Shown: positions 50,695-64,000 of the stretch, piece by piece
Layout of the letters: each line of letters starts with the position of its first letter
Position numbering within the stretch: the first letter of the stretch is position 1
Source of the DNA: Octopus sinensis
Lineage: Eukaryota
Length of the DNA: 64,000 bases
Direction of reading: 5' to 3'
Assembly (NCBI RefSeq): GCF_006345805.1
Contig: NC_043006.1
Coordinates: 65,038,001-65,102,000 of the forward strand
Translations under genes and position numbers: made by a program
Notes under the pieces: model-generated
Told to the model about the DNA's origin: nothing
Seen by the model: only the letters and a program-made list of their open reading frames with translations
The model's database searches: none

Positions 50695-51375
50695 CTTGGT
50701 GGTGTTTGTTCTGGAGAGTCAGATTCGCTCTCAATTTCTTCTACAGGTAACACTTGCGGGAGAGGTAGTCTTTTCATTACCTGTTTTCTATCTGGCTCTG
50801 GGGTTGGTATTTTTGGCTCAGGTTTCACCTCAGGAGACAAAGGCTCAGCAGGAATAGGGGTTAACTCATCTTTCTGTTCCGTTTCAGATTCTTCACAGAA
50901 AATCTCGGATTTGTTCTTTGGAGTCTCTAGTTTAATAGGAGTTTTTTCCTCTTCACATTTATCTTTCGAATGATCAGATTTAGGAGTGGGAGCTTCTGAT
51001 TCCGCTTTCACTGAAGGGCTCCGATGTGAATCAGATGAAGGTGAATGTGATGGAGTCCTTTCCACTATTTCTATTATCACTTGTGGTGAGTCTTTTGTCA
51101 TTTTTCTGTTTCTAGGCACATACTGACTAGACTTACTCGCCTCACGAGCCTTTACTTTATTTAATTCAGCCCCTAAACTGTTACAATATTTCACGTTAGA
51201 ATAACTAATTTTGGTGCCAGCTAAAGACCGGCCCCTGGAATGACTGCGAGACCTAGTTCGTCTCCATGTGTAGTGACGACCACGACTGCGAGATCGCGAT
51301 CGGCTACGGTGTGCCCATTTCTGGGCATATGGACTTGGACTGCGACTTTTGGACTTCCTTAACCGATATCGTGGC
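50695..51375 (-). CDS. CDK12: CDK12/13-like kinase, first visible exon (RS-rich and Pro/Glu-rich N-terminal region); gene is 5'-incomplete
   Basis: Acceptor ttttcag at 51376, donor AG|GTAAGC at 50694. Encodes RS dipeptide runs (KSKSRSPSP, SRSRSRSRGR) typical of CDK12/13. 681 nt, phase 2/2, joins the next exon in frame (TPPS|EQQ). Confidence 0.9.
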
Positions 51376-51624
51376 CTGAAAAGAAACACAAAATAAAATT
51401 AATCAAGTCATTAAATTAGAACATATATTCAAATGTTTACAGTAACATTATAGTCCAGTGTCAATGAAGAAGACATAAGTGGCACATTGAAAAAAAAGAC
51501 AGGTCTTCAGTAATGTTTTCATAATTCTAAATGGTAATATATCTAATTTACAGTTATGACACAGAGTTTTCGAATTAGATGTGTGTGAAATAAAGCATAA
51601 TTAAATAGCAGTGCTTTTGTAGTA

Positions 51625-51687
<63 letters not shown>

Positions 51688-53082
51688 TGTGTGTGTGTTC
51701 ATGCCTTTTGGTGAATGCATCAATATCTTTTACTGACAAACATCAATTCAAGATAAATGAGACATACGGATTAACAGAACAGAAAATTGAAAATGAAGTC
51801 ATTCAATTCAGTTCACAAATTGCTTACGTAGAAACACTCCTTAAAAATTATAAAATCACCAAGACGATTTATTTATTTATTTATTTATAATAAAAATAAA
51901 TGGTACACGCAATAAAATTTGTGCATACCTGGCAGGACAATGAACTCCTCTACCACTTTTGGCAGCATTTTTTTTTTTTTTTAGTTACCAAAACTAAAAC
52001 GGTTTCTTCATTACCTGTTGATACTTGTCAAATCTGATGCTAATTAGGGGAGCCAGTAGGTATGTTGATTAGATTCAGTGACATACTACAACTAGCTATG
52101 CTCAATATTACCAAATATTGTAATGTTAATCAAAAAAGGGATTTAACTTTGAAAAGAGATGCTGCAGGTTCAAAACTGGGGAATTATCTGCTCCATGTTA
52201 AATTTCATTTTCTAACCTAACACATGAAAAGTGAAATAAAAACATCAAAACAAGTAGCTAATTTAATAAATTGCCAATATTAACTAAACAAATGGCAATG
52301 TCCCCGTCCAGCTGCAGCCTTTGGGCTGGAACACATAAAAGAATAAACTACAGAACACATTCAGTAAAAACAGAAAAATATAATTCCTGATGAGGACACA
52401 AACAGTGTCTCCTTGTTTCTAACCTTCATGAATAACAGTAAAATGGAATTTCTAGTATGACATCATGACCAACCCTCCTATTAATGTTTGTGCCATACTA
52501 TTTCATTTGAAAGGAAAAACAAACTCACCCATTCTCTTTCTCCTGTAATATTGTATCCACCTCCCTGTTCACTAACTACCATAGTCAGTTGTCCAATGGA
52601 CACACACACACACACACACACAATGTTATTTTCATATTAACTAGAATTCCTGTGCCATAAAATTTGACAAAATTAGGAGAAGCAATTTTGCAATTACTGC
52701 CAACAGTGTCCACACTCAGATGGTATCACCCTCCATGCCAGCATGGGAAACAGATGCTAAAATAGTGATGATGATGATGTCATCTACATTCATCCATTTG
52801 GTTCTTGTTGTGCCTTGTGGCACTTGAGGTTACAGCAAAATCATTCCACCTTCTAGTACTGAGAGCATCCTTGACAGCTGGTTCCATTGTTAACCCTCTG
52901 CTTTTAAGATCTTTCATTATTGCTCTCCACCATGTCTTCTTTTACCTTGTGGAATCCATTGCAAAACGATCTTGACAATTGAGTTCAGTTTATCTTCAGA
53001 CTGGATGATGTCATCTACAGGGTGTAATAAAATTTTGTTTTTCCTCTCAAATGAAATAGTATAACACAAACATTAATAGAAG

Positions 53083-53152
53083 GATTGGCCATAAGTTTGA
53101 AGATGTTATACTTGAAATTTCAAGTATGACATCTTCAAACTTATGGCCAATC
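53083..53152. repeat. 70-bp near-perfect palindrome (35+35 bp, no spacer, one mismatch)
   Basis: GATTGGCCATAAGTTTGAAGATGTTATACTTGAAA|TTTCAAGTATGACATCTTCAAACTTATGGCCAATC. Confidence 0.95.
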
Positions 53153-54072
53153 ATAAAGGTTAGAGACAAGGAAATACTGTTTGTGTCCTCCTCAGGAGTT
53201 ATATATTTCCTTTTTAACTGAATGTGTTCTACAGGGAGTATAAAATTTCGGCAAGGACTCCATATAAAAGACTGTTCAGTTGCTCATTTCACACATGAAA
53301 AACAAATGAATATTGTAGATAGAATCAACCTCTGTGAATGAAAATTACATTTTGATCCTAGCAGGATTAGAATACAGGTGGGTGAAGGAGTGGGGAATAA
53401 AGGTAAATTGTGAGAGGTATGGCTATATGATTAAGAATCTCACTTTGCAAGCACAAGGTTTAGGGTTCCGTCCCACAGCACAGCGCCTTAGGCAAGTACC
53501 TACTTTTATAGTCCTAGACGTACAATCTGTGTTGGCTTATGTCTCCATAACTTAGTGGTTCAGTAAAAAAAAAAAACCGACAGACTAGGTACAAAACTTC
53601 CTGGAATTATATACTGACCCCACCATCACTCTCATTATCATCATTATTTTAACATCCACTTTACTATGGTTGTAAGAGTCGAACAGAGTTTATTGAGGTA
53701 GATTATCTGTGGCTGGACACCCATCCTGTTGCCAACTCTCACCTGTTCCCAAGTATGGCCAGACATGTTTTCACAGAAAATTGGAAATGAATGGCATTCA
53801 TTTACAACAATCACTTCATGTCAAGACAAGGAGGCACAAAAACACAGACAGATATAATGGACTTCTTTTAGATTCCGTTGACCAAATCCATTCACAAGGC
53901 TTTGGTGAGCTTGGGGCTATAGAAGACACTTGTTCAAGATGGAATGCAGTGGGATTGAACCTGAAAACATTGTGGTTGGGAAGCAAGCTTCTTAATGACA
54001 CAACTGTGCCTGTGGAAATCCCATGAACCACTGACCAAATTTTCCATAAATGAAAGAAATAAAACATTAAAA

Positions 54073-54443
54073 AATAAGAGAACCCAGAGAGTGCAAACCT
54101 CCAGCAAGGCAACACCAATGTTCTCTCAATGATTAGCCAGAGATGGTTTTTAAAATGAGAATATCTGAAATAAACTCGATTGCTCTCACAAATGAGAATA
54201 CAAAAATGAACCCGATTGCTCTCAAAAATTAAGTTAAAAAAACAGGAAAAATAATCCAGAATCCTTGTCCAGTACCAGAGTGATACTAAAATTTAATCAG
54301 TTTGTGCCAGTCACAAGGTCAATCATCCCTGAAAGTTTCATCCAAATCCATCCAGTGGTTCTTGAGCTATCTTGTCCACAGATAATCAAACTAACAAACA
54401 GGATTGAAAACAATACCTCCACCTTCACTAAGGCAGAGGTTAA
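54073..54443 (+). mobile_element. Helentron/HINE-like non-autonomous element
   Basis: 5' subterminal AAACCTCCAGCAAGG, internal (AAAC)-like tract, and 3' terminal imperfect hairpin ACCTCCACCTT-CACT-AAGGCAGAGGT followed by TAA. Confidence 0.55.
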
Positions 54444-54599
54444 AATACAGAAGAAAAAAATCAGCAAGGGAGAATAATAAGTAAGAGTAAAGTTATATTT
54501 TACATTTGTTCTATTGATTTCAAACAGAAGCACTTTACTGTAAGTGGAATGTATTAGGGCAGGCAAGCAACTAAACCATAGTTATTATATTGTTCTAGA

Positions 54600-55140
54600 G
54601 ACATATGAGAGAGGAAGAGAGATTTAGAAGATAAGACAGCAAAAGAAGATAGGAGGGGAGAGAGAGATAAAAAAGAAAATATGAGAAAAGCTGCTTAAAA
54701 AGTTCACATGTTCATGAGGTGAGATTTAATCTGCAACAATATTGAGAACTGATTGTGTGTGGGCAGGGAAAGAGAAAAAGAGAGAATGTAGGAGAAGAAA
54801 GCAAGGTAAAAGAAGAAGGAAAAGTGAAGAAATAGAGTAAAAGGAATAACAGAGAGGATGAGAATATAAATGAATAATAGAGAATGAAATGATAAAGTGG
54901 GAAGGATAAGAGAGGAGACACAAGAAAGATGTGAAGGAAAAAATAGAAGAGAAAGAGAGGAGATTGGTGAAAAAGAGAGATAAAAAAAAAGAAAAATGAG
55001 AAATGAGACAGAGAGATGATAGAAGGAGAAAGGAAAAAGAATGGTGTGAATAAAAACATGTAACAACACAAAGTGTGTGTGTGAATGAGAGAGAGAGAGA
55101 GAGAGAGTGGGGGAGAAAGAAATAGATACAAGAAGAGGGC
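54600..55140 (+). repeat. Polypurine (A/G-rich) low-complexity tract
   Basis: Almost entirely A/G on plus; ends in (GA)n. Confidence 0.8.
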
Positions 55141-57545
55141 GGGTTAAAGTGTGACAGTATTTTAAGACATAAACCTCTATAGAAGATTAAATGCTGAGGA
55201 CAAAGAAAAGTGTTTTGAAGAAAGGATATCTGCTGCACCCAGCTGTAAGGAGGTATGCAGGAAAGCAACATCACATTGTAACAAGTTGAGGCAGCTCTGT
55301 ATAATTGACTAGGTGTTTGTTAGCTCACAGAATTGGGAGTGAAATGTATTAGCTTATAGCATAGAGATGCATTGGTGACCTGCATGCACTACACTCTCTC
55401 TAGCAGTTTCTTCCTCTGCAACCCAATATGTTAGGGGACTTATATCAAAATAACAACTCCATAGTCCCTTTACTTTATGGTTCAGTTAGAAGATGGGTAA
55501 GTACCCTTGACCTCCAGAAGCCCCTCAAAATTAGTTGATGCCCAACTTGAACACCTGTAAGTTGGTATCTGCAGGAAAAATGCAAGCACAAAGAAAATTC
55601 CAGAGAGTTTAGTCAAAGGTGTAAGTCATATCGTGATGGTGGTGAAATGTTGAGTGCTATGCAATTAATGAGATCAAAGCGACAGAGGTTGTTTTTATGA
55701 CATCGGAATATACAATGAGAGGAAATCAAGTATAAGAAGCTTGAGAAGGGTATTTAGAATGATACAGTGAAAGCATTGGAAGAATTATACACAGTTTTCA
55801 TCATCATTTAATGTTTTTCCCCCATGCTGGCACAGGTTGAACAGTTTAACAGGAGCCAATGAGCCAGAGAACTGCACCAAGCTCCAATGTTTGTTTTGAT
55901 GCCCTGCCTAACACACCAACCACTTCAAAGTGTACTGGGTGCACTTTACATGGCACCAACACCAGTGAGGTCACCAAATAATTCACAAGACAAGAGCCCT
56001 CAACTGAGGGTGGGTTTAGTATTGAGGGTGGGTTTAGTATTGAGGGAGGTGATTTCTTATGCCTGGTGATGAGAGGTTAAAGTATGATAGAGAGACAGAA
56101 GCAGGTATCTTGTAGTAGAGACAATACATCTTTTATCTTTTGCAACCATGCTGGTGCACTGCCTTAAAGAATTTTTAGTTGAATGAATCAACCCCAGTAA
56201 TTTTTTTTATATAAAGTCTGGTACTTATTTTATTGAACTGCTAAGTTATAGAGGTGTAAACATACCAATGCTAGTTGTCAAGATGGTGTGGGACAAACAC
56301 ACAAACCCACACACGTGTACAACAAGCTTCTTTCAGTTTCTATCTACTAAATCCACTCACAAGGCTTTGGTCGACCCGAGGTTATAGTAGAAGACACGTG
56401 CCCAAAATGCCACGCAGTGGATCTGAACACAGAGCCATGTGGTTGAGAAACAAACTTCTTGGCACAGAGACACACTTGTGCCTACATGGTTACCTTAACT
56501 AGAAAAGGAAAGAAGATAGGGAAGAGGGATCAGGGTGTAGCCTCAGGTTACAGAAAGGTGAATATAAGAGAAGTGGTTCAGATGGTTGGAGAGGATGAAT
56601 GAGTATGCAAGCGTATAAAAAGAGGGCATTATACAGAGAGCAATGGAGATAGGGATGAATGCAGTGTAATAAATATATAATGAATTAATGTTTAACAATG
56701 TAAAAAATTTGCAACATTTTTTTTCTATCAGAGAAATAATTCATTCAATAATGAAAATGAATTCTTGTTTCTCAAAACATATCACTAATCTACATTAAAT
56801 GTTATTATTGGAATTAGCAGAATTGCTAAAGCATTGGACAAAATTCCTTGTGGTATTTCTTCTGACTCTACATTCAGAATTGAAATCCTACTGAGGTCAA
56901 CTTTGCCTTTCATTTCTCCAGGACTGTCAATCAAGTACCAGTTAAGTATAGGGATCAGTGTCCCTCCCCTCCCCTCTAAATGACTGGCCTTCTGCCTTAA
57001 TCAGAAACAATATTATTAGGGTGGTGGATAGGCAGAATCAGTAGAGTCAGAAAAAAAAATGTCTTGTGGTATTTATGTGTGGGTCTTTACATACTGAGTT
57101 CAAATCCCACTGGAGTTTATTTGCCTTTCAGGGTTGATATAAATAAACCAACAGTCCTGTCCTGGAGTTGATTCTTCTTATTCTGACTCTATATGTTCAG
57201 AGTTCAAATCTCACTAGGATCAAATTTACCTTTGGTTGTTTTGTGGTTAATAAAATAAAGTACCAGTCATGTAGTGGGATCACTAGAGTCAAGTAACCCC
57301 CTCCTCTCAGATAGTACTGACCTTGTGCCTAATTGAGAAACTACAATTATTATAATTTTTTTTTCTTTTTTGAAATACAGCAAAGAAGTTTCTATATTTG
57401 CTCAACCAACTGCTTCATTTAACAGCCAAACTCATTTTCCAACATTAGATACAGTCTTGTCCCAAACAAGGCTTGAAGCCACTGTAATGTAAGAGACTAC
57501 AAAGAAGAGGCCAAAAAATTGAAAAGATATCAAGTAATAGAAAGC

Positions 57546-57738
57546 TTAACCCTTTACCATTCAGGTTACTTTATCAAATATAATGCTTATTTATTCACAT
57601 TATTTTGAATTAACCATGCATTATCTTTTAGCTTAGAAACTTCAATGATGTAACTATATTTTTTGAATGACACTGTAGAGTAGATGTGAAAAGCTGGATT
57701 TGGCCCGGATGTGGCCAGTTTAAATGTTAAAGGGTTAA
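57546..57738. mobile_element. TTAA-flanked MITE, family 1
   Basis: TTAACCCTTTA...TAAAGGGTTAA termini; same interior as the 20460, 25427 and 63369 copies. Confidence 0.85.
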
Positions 57739-58639
57739 GGGACCAACTATCATAGTCCAGGGGAGTGTCTACTGCCACATAAAAACCACATGTAATAAGT
57801 CATAAATGGTGGCCCAACACAATAAATCAGTTTGGCTACAGCCCAAAACTCCAATTTAATGGTTTATTTCATCAACATACGTTCTACAAGATGAGAGTGG
57901 AGTAAGGCAACCCAACAAGGAATAAACTAATAAAAATCTATGCTGTATAGCTGAGATAGGTCTGCAAATAATATTTATTTATAACGAAAGAAACTGGATC
58001 AATATGGCCAGATGGCCACATAATCAGACATAACAAAATGCAATGTGTGACACTGAGTCAAACTAGACTTCAATAATGACCTTATTTGTTCGGTTATATA
58101 TCAGCAACATAGAAAGGGCATGGATAAAGCTGGTTTTATCAGCAACATTTTTATTAATTTATTTAGTAGATAACAAATTTGCTGAATTAGACATAATGGA
58201 AAGATACTAAGAGTTCTAAACAATAAAAACCAAATACAGAGACAAGATAGAATTTTTAATATCAATTAGAAACCAACCCAAATGCTACATGGGAGCACCA
58301 TCTATGACAGGCATGGTTCCCAATAAAAAATAGTTCAGATGATGACTCATCCAACCCATGCCAGCATGGAAAGTAGACATCAAAATGTTGATGATCATCA
58401 TCATTACAACACAGACACCGATATTAAAAATCTTTGGTTAATAAATTGAACTGACATTCAGTAAATGGGAAGTATTTATTTCATTGGTTCCAAGGATAAA
58501 GGCAAAGATTATGCAGAAATTTACAAGTTGAGAATACAGTCGAACGACATTAAGAACTGAGGAATAGTAGAGCACAGAATTCTATAATTCTTGCTACTCT
58601 ACCATCCAGAGATTACTAACACTTATCACCAAAATTATC

Positions 58640-59075
58640 CTAGTGTCACGTAACTGGCACCCATGTCAGTGGCACATAAAAAGAACCTTGTGAGCATTGG
58701 GCCACACGGAGGCAAAGTGGCCGATGCCAATGGCACATGAAAAGCTCCTTTCAAGTGTTAGGCCTCACAGAGGCAATGATGAATGACCGAGACCTTTGGC
58801 ATTAAGTCATGCTTGAGAAGACCCATCAAGCCAAGTAAAATTACAGTCATGGCTGATACTGGAGTCATGCAAATGGCACCCATGCCAGTAGCACGTAAAA
58901 GCACCCATTACACCCTCGGAGTGGTTGGTTTTAGGAAGGGCATGCAGCTGTAGAAACTATGCCAATTCAGACTGGAGTTTGGTGCATCCTTCCAGCTTGC
59001 CAGCCCTGATCAAACCATTCAACCCATACCAGCATGGACAACAGACGTCAAATGATGATGATGATGATAATGATG
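58640..59075 (+). mobile_element. RTE LINE 3' end (ORF terminus plus UTR and (GAT)n tail)
   Basis: Contains gaccgagacctttgg (DRDLW), the shared UTR and the gatgatgatgat tail. Confidence 0.7.
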
Positions 59076-59486
59076 AGTATTTACATTTCTGTTACCCCCA
59101 AAATCTGTCACAATTTTTGTTTTGCTATGTTTTACATCCCAGCTTTATAATGAATAAATTTTAGTGGTTTTACAGAACCCCTTCAAATTCTAGATTATAT
59201 TACAAAAGTAACTGAAACAGAGGCAAGTTTATATCGAAGGAAATGTGGTGAGGAAAGAGTTAATCAATGTCCAACATGATGAAAGACCATGAAATCAACA
59301 GCATTTATAAAAACACACCAAAGTACAATAAAGATGACAGAGGTGTAAATAATAGCATGTAAATATTGAGTTGAAAAACCCACTTTGGATTGAAAAAGTC
59401 GAAGGGCTTCACTTAACAATTAAGTGTTTTGTAGAAAGACAACATTTTGTATATCCCACCTCCTCCCTCTCTCCATACATACATAC

Positions 59487-59532
<46 letters not shown>

Positions 59533-59952
59533 ACACAGAACACCCAGCGAACTTCCACCATGGGTCATCACAATTGCTTACGGTAAAAATGAATTCCTCG
59601 CTCTTTCGGAAACATCAATCTTCTGTATTGACCGCTTTCCACCACTTTGATCTGTTTTTTGTATTGAATACGTATCGCTACCGTGGGCCACTGCATCGAA
59701 CACTTTGAACATATACTTCAAACTATATATCAACTATACATGAACTATATATCAACTATACATGAACTCTAAGATGTCTGACTCCGTTGTGTATTATAAA
59801 TGAATTTCTTGGTTTTGACGGCATGAGCTGTCTCTTTTTATATATAACTTTTTTGATAAGGTTCATTTCAGGAACTGAAACATGTTATAATGTATATAAA
59901 AAAAATAAAAATTGTATAATACAGCAGCATTTTCGAACTTCATTTTTTACAA

Positions 59953-59991
<39 letters not shown>

Positions 59992-60122
59992 TAAAATGTA
60001 CACACACACACAATATATAAATATATAAAATGTGTATATATATACATATATATATAAGTATATATATATATATATAATGTATAATAATAATAATAATAAT
60101 ATTAGGAAGTAAATCCAAACTT

Positions 60123-61036
60123 ACATCATCATCATCATTTAGTGTCCGCTCTCCATGCTAGCATGGGTTGGACGGTTCAACTGGGGTCTGTAGCTGGAAG
60201 GCTTCATCAGGCCCAGTCAGATCTGGCAGTGTTTCTACGGCTGGATGCCCTTCCTAACGCCAACCACTCCGTGAGTGTAGTGGGTGCTTTTTACGTGCCA
60301 CCTGCACAGGTGCCAGACAGAGCTGGCAAACGGCCACGAACGGATGGTGCTTTTACGTGTCACCGGCACGGGGCCAGGCGAGGCTGGCAACGGACACGAA
60401 CGGATGGTGCTTTTACGTGCCACCAACACTGGGGCCAGACAGAGCTGGCAAACGGCCACGAAACGGATGGTGCTTTTACGTGTCACCGGCACGGGGGCCA
60501 GGCGAGGCTGGCAATGGGCACGAACGGATGGTGCTTTTACATGCCACCGACATGGGGGCCAGACAGGGCTGGCAAACGGCCACGAACGGATGGTGCTTTT
60601 ACGTGTCACCGGCACGGGGGCCAGGCGAGGCTGGCAACGGACACGAACGGATGGTGCTTTTACATGTCACCGACATGGGGGCCAGACAGGGCTGGCAAAC
60701 GGCCACGAACGGATGGTGCTTTTACGTGTCACCGGCACGGGGGCCAGACAGAGCTGGCAAACGGCCACAAACAGATGGTACTTTTACGTGTCACCGGCAC
60801 GGGGGCCAGGCGAGGCTGGCAACGAACACGAACGGATGGTGCTTTTACGTGCCACCTACACGGGGGCCAGACAGGGCTGGCGAACGGCTACGAACGGATG
60901 GTACTTTTACGTGTCACCTGCACGGGGGCCCTGATGTTGATCGACCTCAATTTGGTTTGATCTTGATTTTGACTGTTCTCACTGGTCTTGCCGGGTTTTC
61001 TCACGCACAGCATACCTCCAAAGGTCTCGGTCACTG
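60123..61036 (-). mobile_element. RTE LINE 3' end with expanded VNTR
   Basis: (CAT)n at the left end on plus; ORF end [17 protein letters not shown] at the right end; same 3' UTR as the 37626 copy. Confidence 0.85.
60288..60930. repeat. GC-rich minisatellite, 10 full units of 60-63 bp in two alternating variants
   Basis: Spacings of the TTTTACRTG anchor are 62,60,63,61,62,61,62,62,61,62. Confidence 0.95.
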
Positions 61037-62401
<1,365 letters not shown>

Positions 62402-62409
62402 GGACAGAA

Positions 62410-62440
<31 letters not shown>

Positions 62441-62763
62441 ATGAATGTGACTAAGGTGATAAGTGTTATGATAAAACCCCAAAACTTGTTAATATAAGAA
62501 GGTATTATATTGTATATGTATATACACACTGAGAGAGGAAGAGATAGTGAGTGACTAATTACAAGTTTTATTATTAAAACAGCTCCAAAGCATATCGCTA
62601 TATAAAAAAAAGCAATGCACACTCAATACAACTAATTATAATTTTTACTACTAAACTTGCTGCGGTATAACATTATACAAAGAAAAAAGTGAGTATGTGT
62701 GTATGCACCACTCTAATTCTAAATTTCATTACAGACAGTTTTTCTTATTTATATAAGAAAGCA

Positions 62764-62865
<102 letters not shown>

Positions 62866-63368
62866 ATGTGAGTGATTATAAGTTTTATTACTAAAACAGC
62901 CACAATCTCATGAAATTTGAAAGACATTATGCTGAAAAAGCAGTCAACACTTTCCACTTTGTATGTCTCCTTATTCTGTTTTAATTCAACAACAATCAAA
63001 GCAATTAACCAATGTTATTACCAGGAATATGAGACAAGAAAATCCAAACGCCTAGTTTTAGGCGATACCATAGTGCTTAAAATAGACTATTCTTATCATT
63101 ATGATCAATACTTTTTTTTTTTTTTTGCCCTCCACATTTGAAGGACACTAGCTGAGCTGAAATGATAAGAGGGTTTACAAGACAATAATCAGCAGTTCAA
63201 ATCTTGCTATAGAAACTGTTTTTTGAACTTGTTTCTTGCTAAGTCTCACAGTCCACATTCTGTTGACTCTGGTGTGTGCATGTGTGTGTGTATGTATGTA
63301 TGTGTGCTCACTCCATGTTTGGTAATGTCTTCCTTTTCTACAAAAAAGACCTTACTTGAAAACTTACT

Positions 63369-63578
63369 TTAACCCTATAGTGTTCACATTATTCTGCCAA
63401 AATTAATGCTTCTTCATCTACATTGTTTTGAATTAATCATTCATTAATCTTGTAGCTATGAGATTTTGATGAGGTAGCTACAAGGGTTGGTCTGAGAGAC
63501 CAGATCTGGCCAGTTTGAACATAAAACAGGCAGAATACTTTTGGCCGGATATGGCCGGTTTAAATGCTAAAGGGTTAA
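63369..63578. mobile_element. TTAA-flanked MITE, family 1
   Basis: TTAACCCTATAG...CTAAAGGGTTAA termini. Confidence 0.85.
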
Positions 63579-64000
63579 AAAAAAAACCCACTCTGATACA
63601 CATGATGATTCTTCAACACCCTCCCCGACTTTCTGACAAACTGACAGCCACTGCTTCCATGAACACCTAAAGAGCACTCTTTAATGAAGTCAGATCAACC
63701 ATGTGACTATTTGACAATAGGACAATCGAAAAATTCACTACATTCCTCCACAATAAAATTAAAGACTTTGTACTCTTGTTCATTAATTTGTTTTTGTTTT
63801 GCCCTATTTATGTTAATAGACAGGCTTAACCTGAATTACTGATGGATTATTAATTTATAACAAGAAAACAGTTGTACACTCTTAGCCCACATTTTTTTTA
63901 CAGACATTGACCTCCATCAACTAAATACCAACCTCATTGTGTTGAAGGGTCTGCAAAAACGGTACATTAGTTGTTGACAAGGTTAAATAGTCAATAATTG

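Noticed and set aside
60288-60930. CRISPR-like or repeat-protein interpretation of the 61/62-bp array
   Set aside because: There are no unique spacers and whole units are homologous. The array sits in a LINE 3' UTR in a eukaryotic intron.

Overview
AT-rich, microsatellite- and SINE-dense animal genomic DNA. The repeat landscape resembles an octopus (coleoid cephalopod) genome; this is recognition, not a database result. One protein-coding gene is supported: a CDK12/CDK13-type CTD kinase on the minus strand. Nine exons splice in frame with canonical GT-AG sites (51375-50695, 34900-34691, 32357-32221, 31608-31438, 29786-29597, 23142-22981, 21417-21223, 19423-19292, 14534-12734). That gives 3679 nt, about 1225 aa, with the start codon and N-terminus not found in the window. 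The remaining sequence is intron, a possibly long 3' UTR, and mobile DNA: tRNA-derived SINEs, RTE LINE remnants with a variable tandem repeat in their 3' UTR, TTAA-flanked and mariner-type MITEs, and a Helentron-like element. The most interesting signals are unannotated. (1) Several short retroelements carry hammerhead ribozyme motifs from at least two sequence families. One is a 526-bp TSD-flanked composite (17674-18199) that joins a tRNA-like Pol III head to three Penelope-type minimal hammerheads, one of them with an intact core. (2) A very young 1278-bp DNA transposon has perfect 211-bp terminal inverted repeats and an 8-bp TSD. (3) A 70-bp near-perfect palindrome. All long ORFs outside the CDK12 exons are repeat artefacts. 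SINE and LINE boundaries are approximate.
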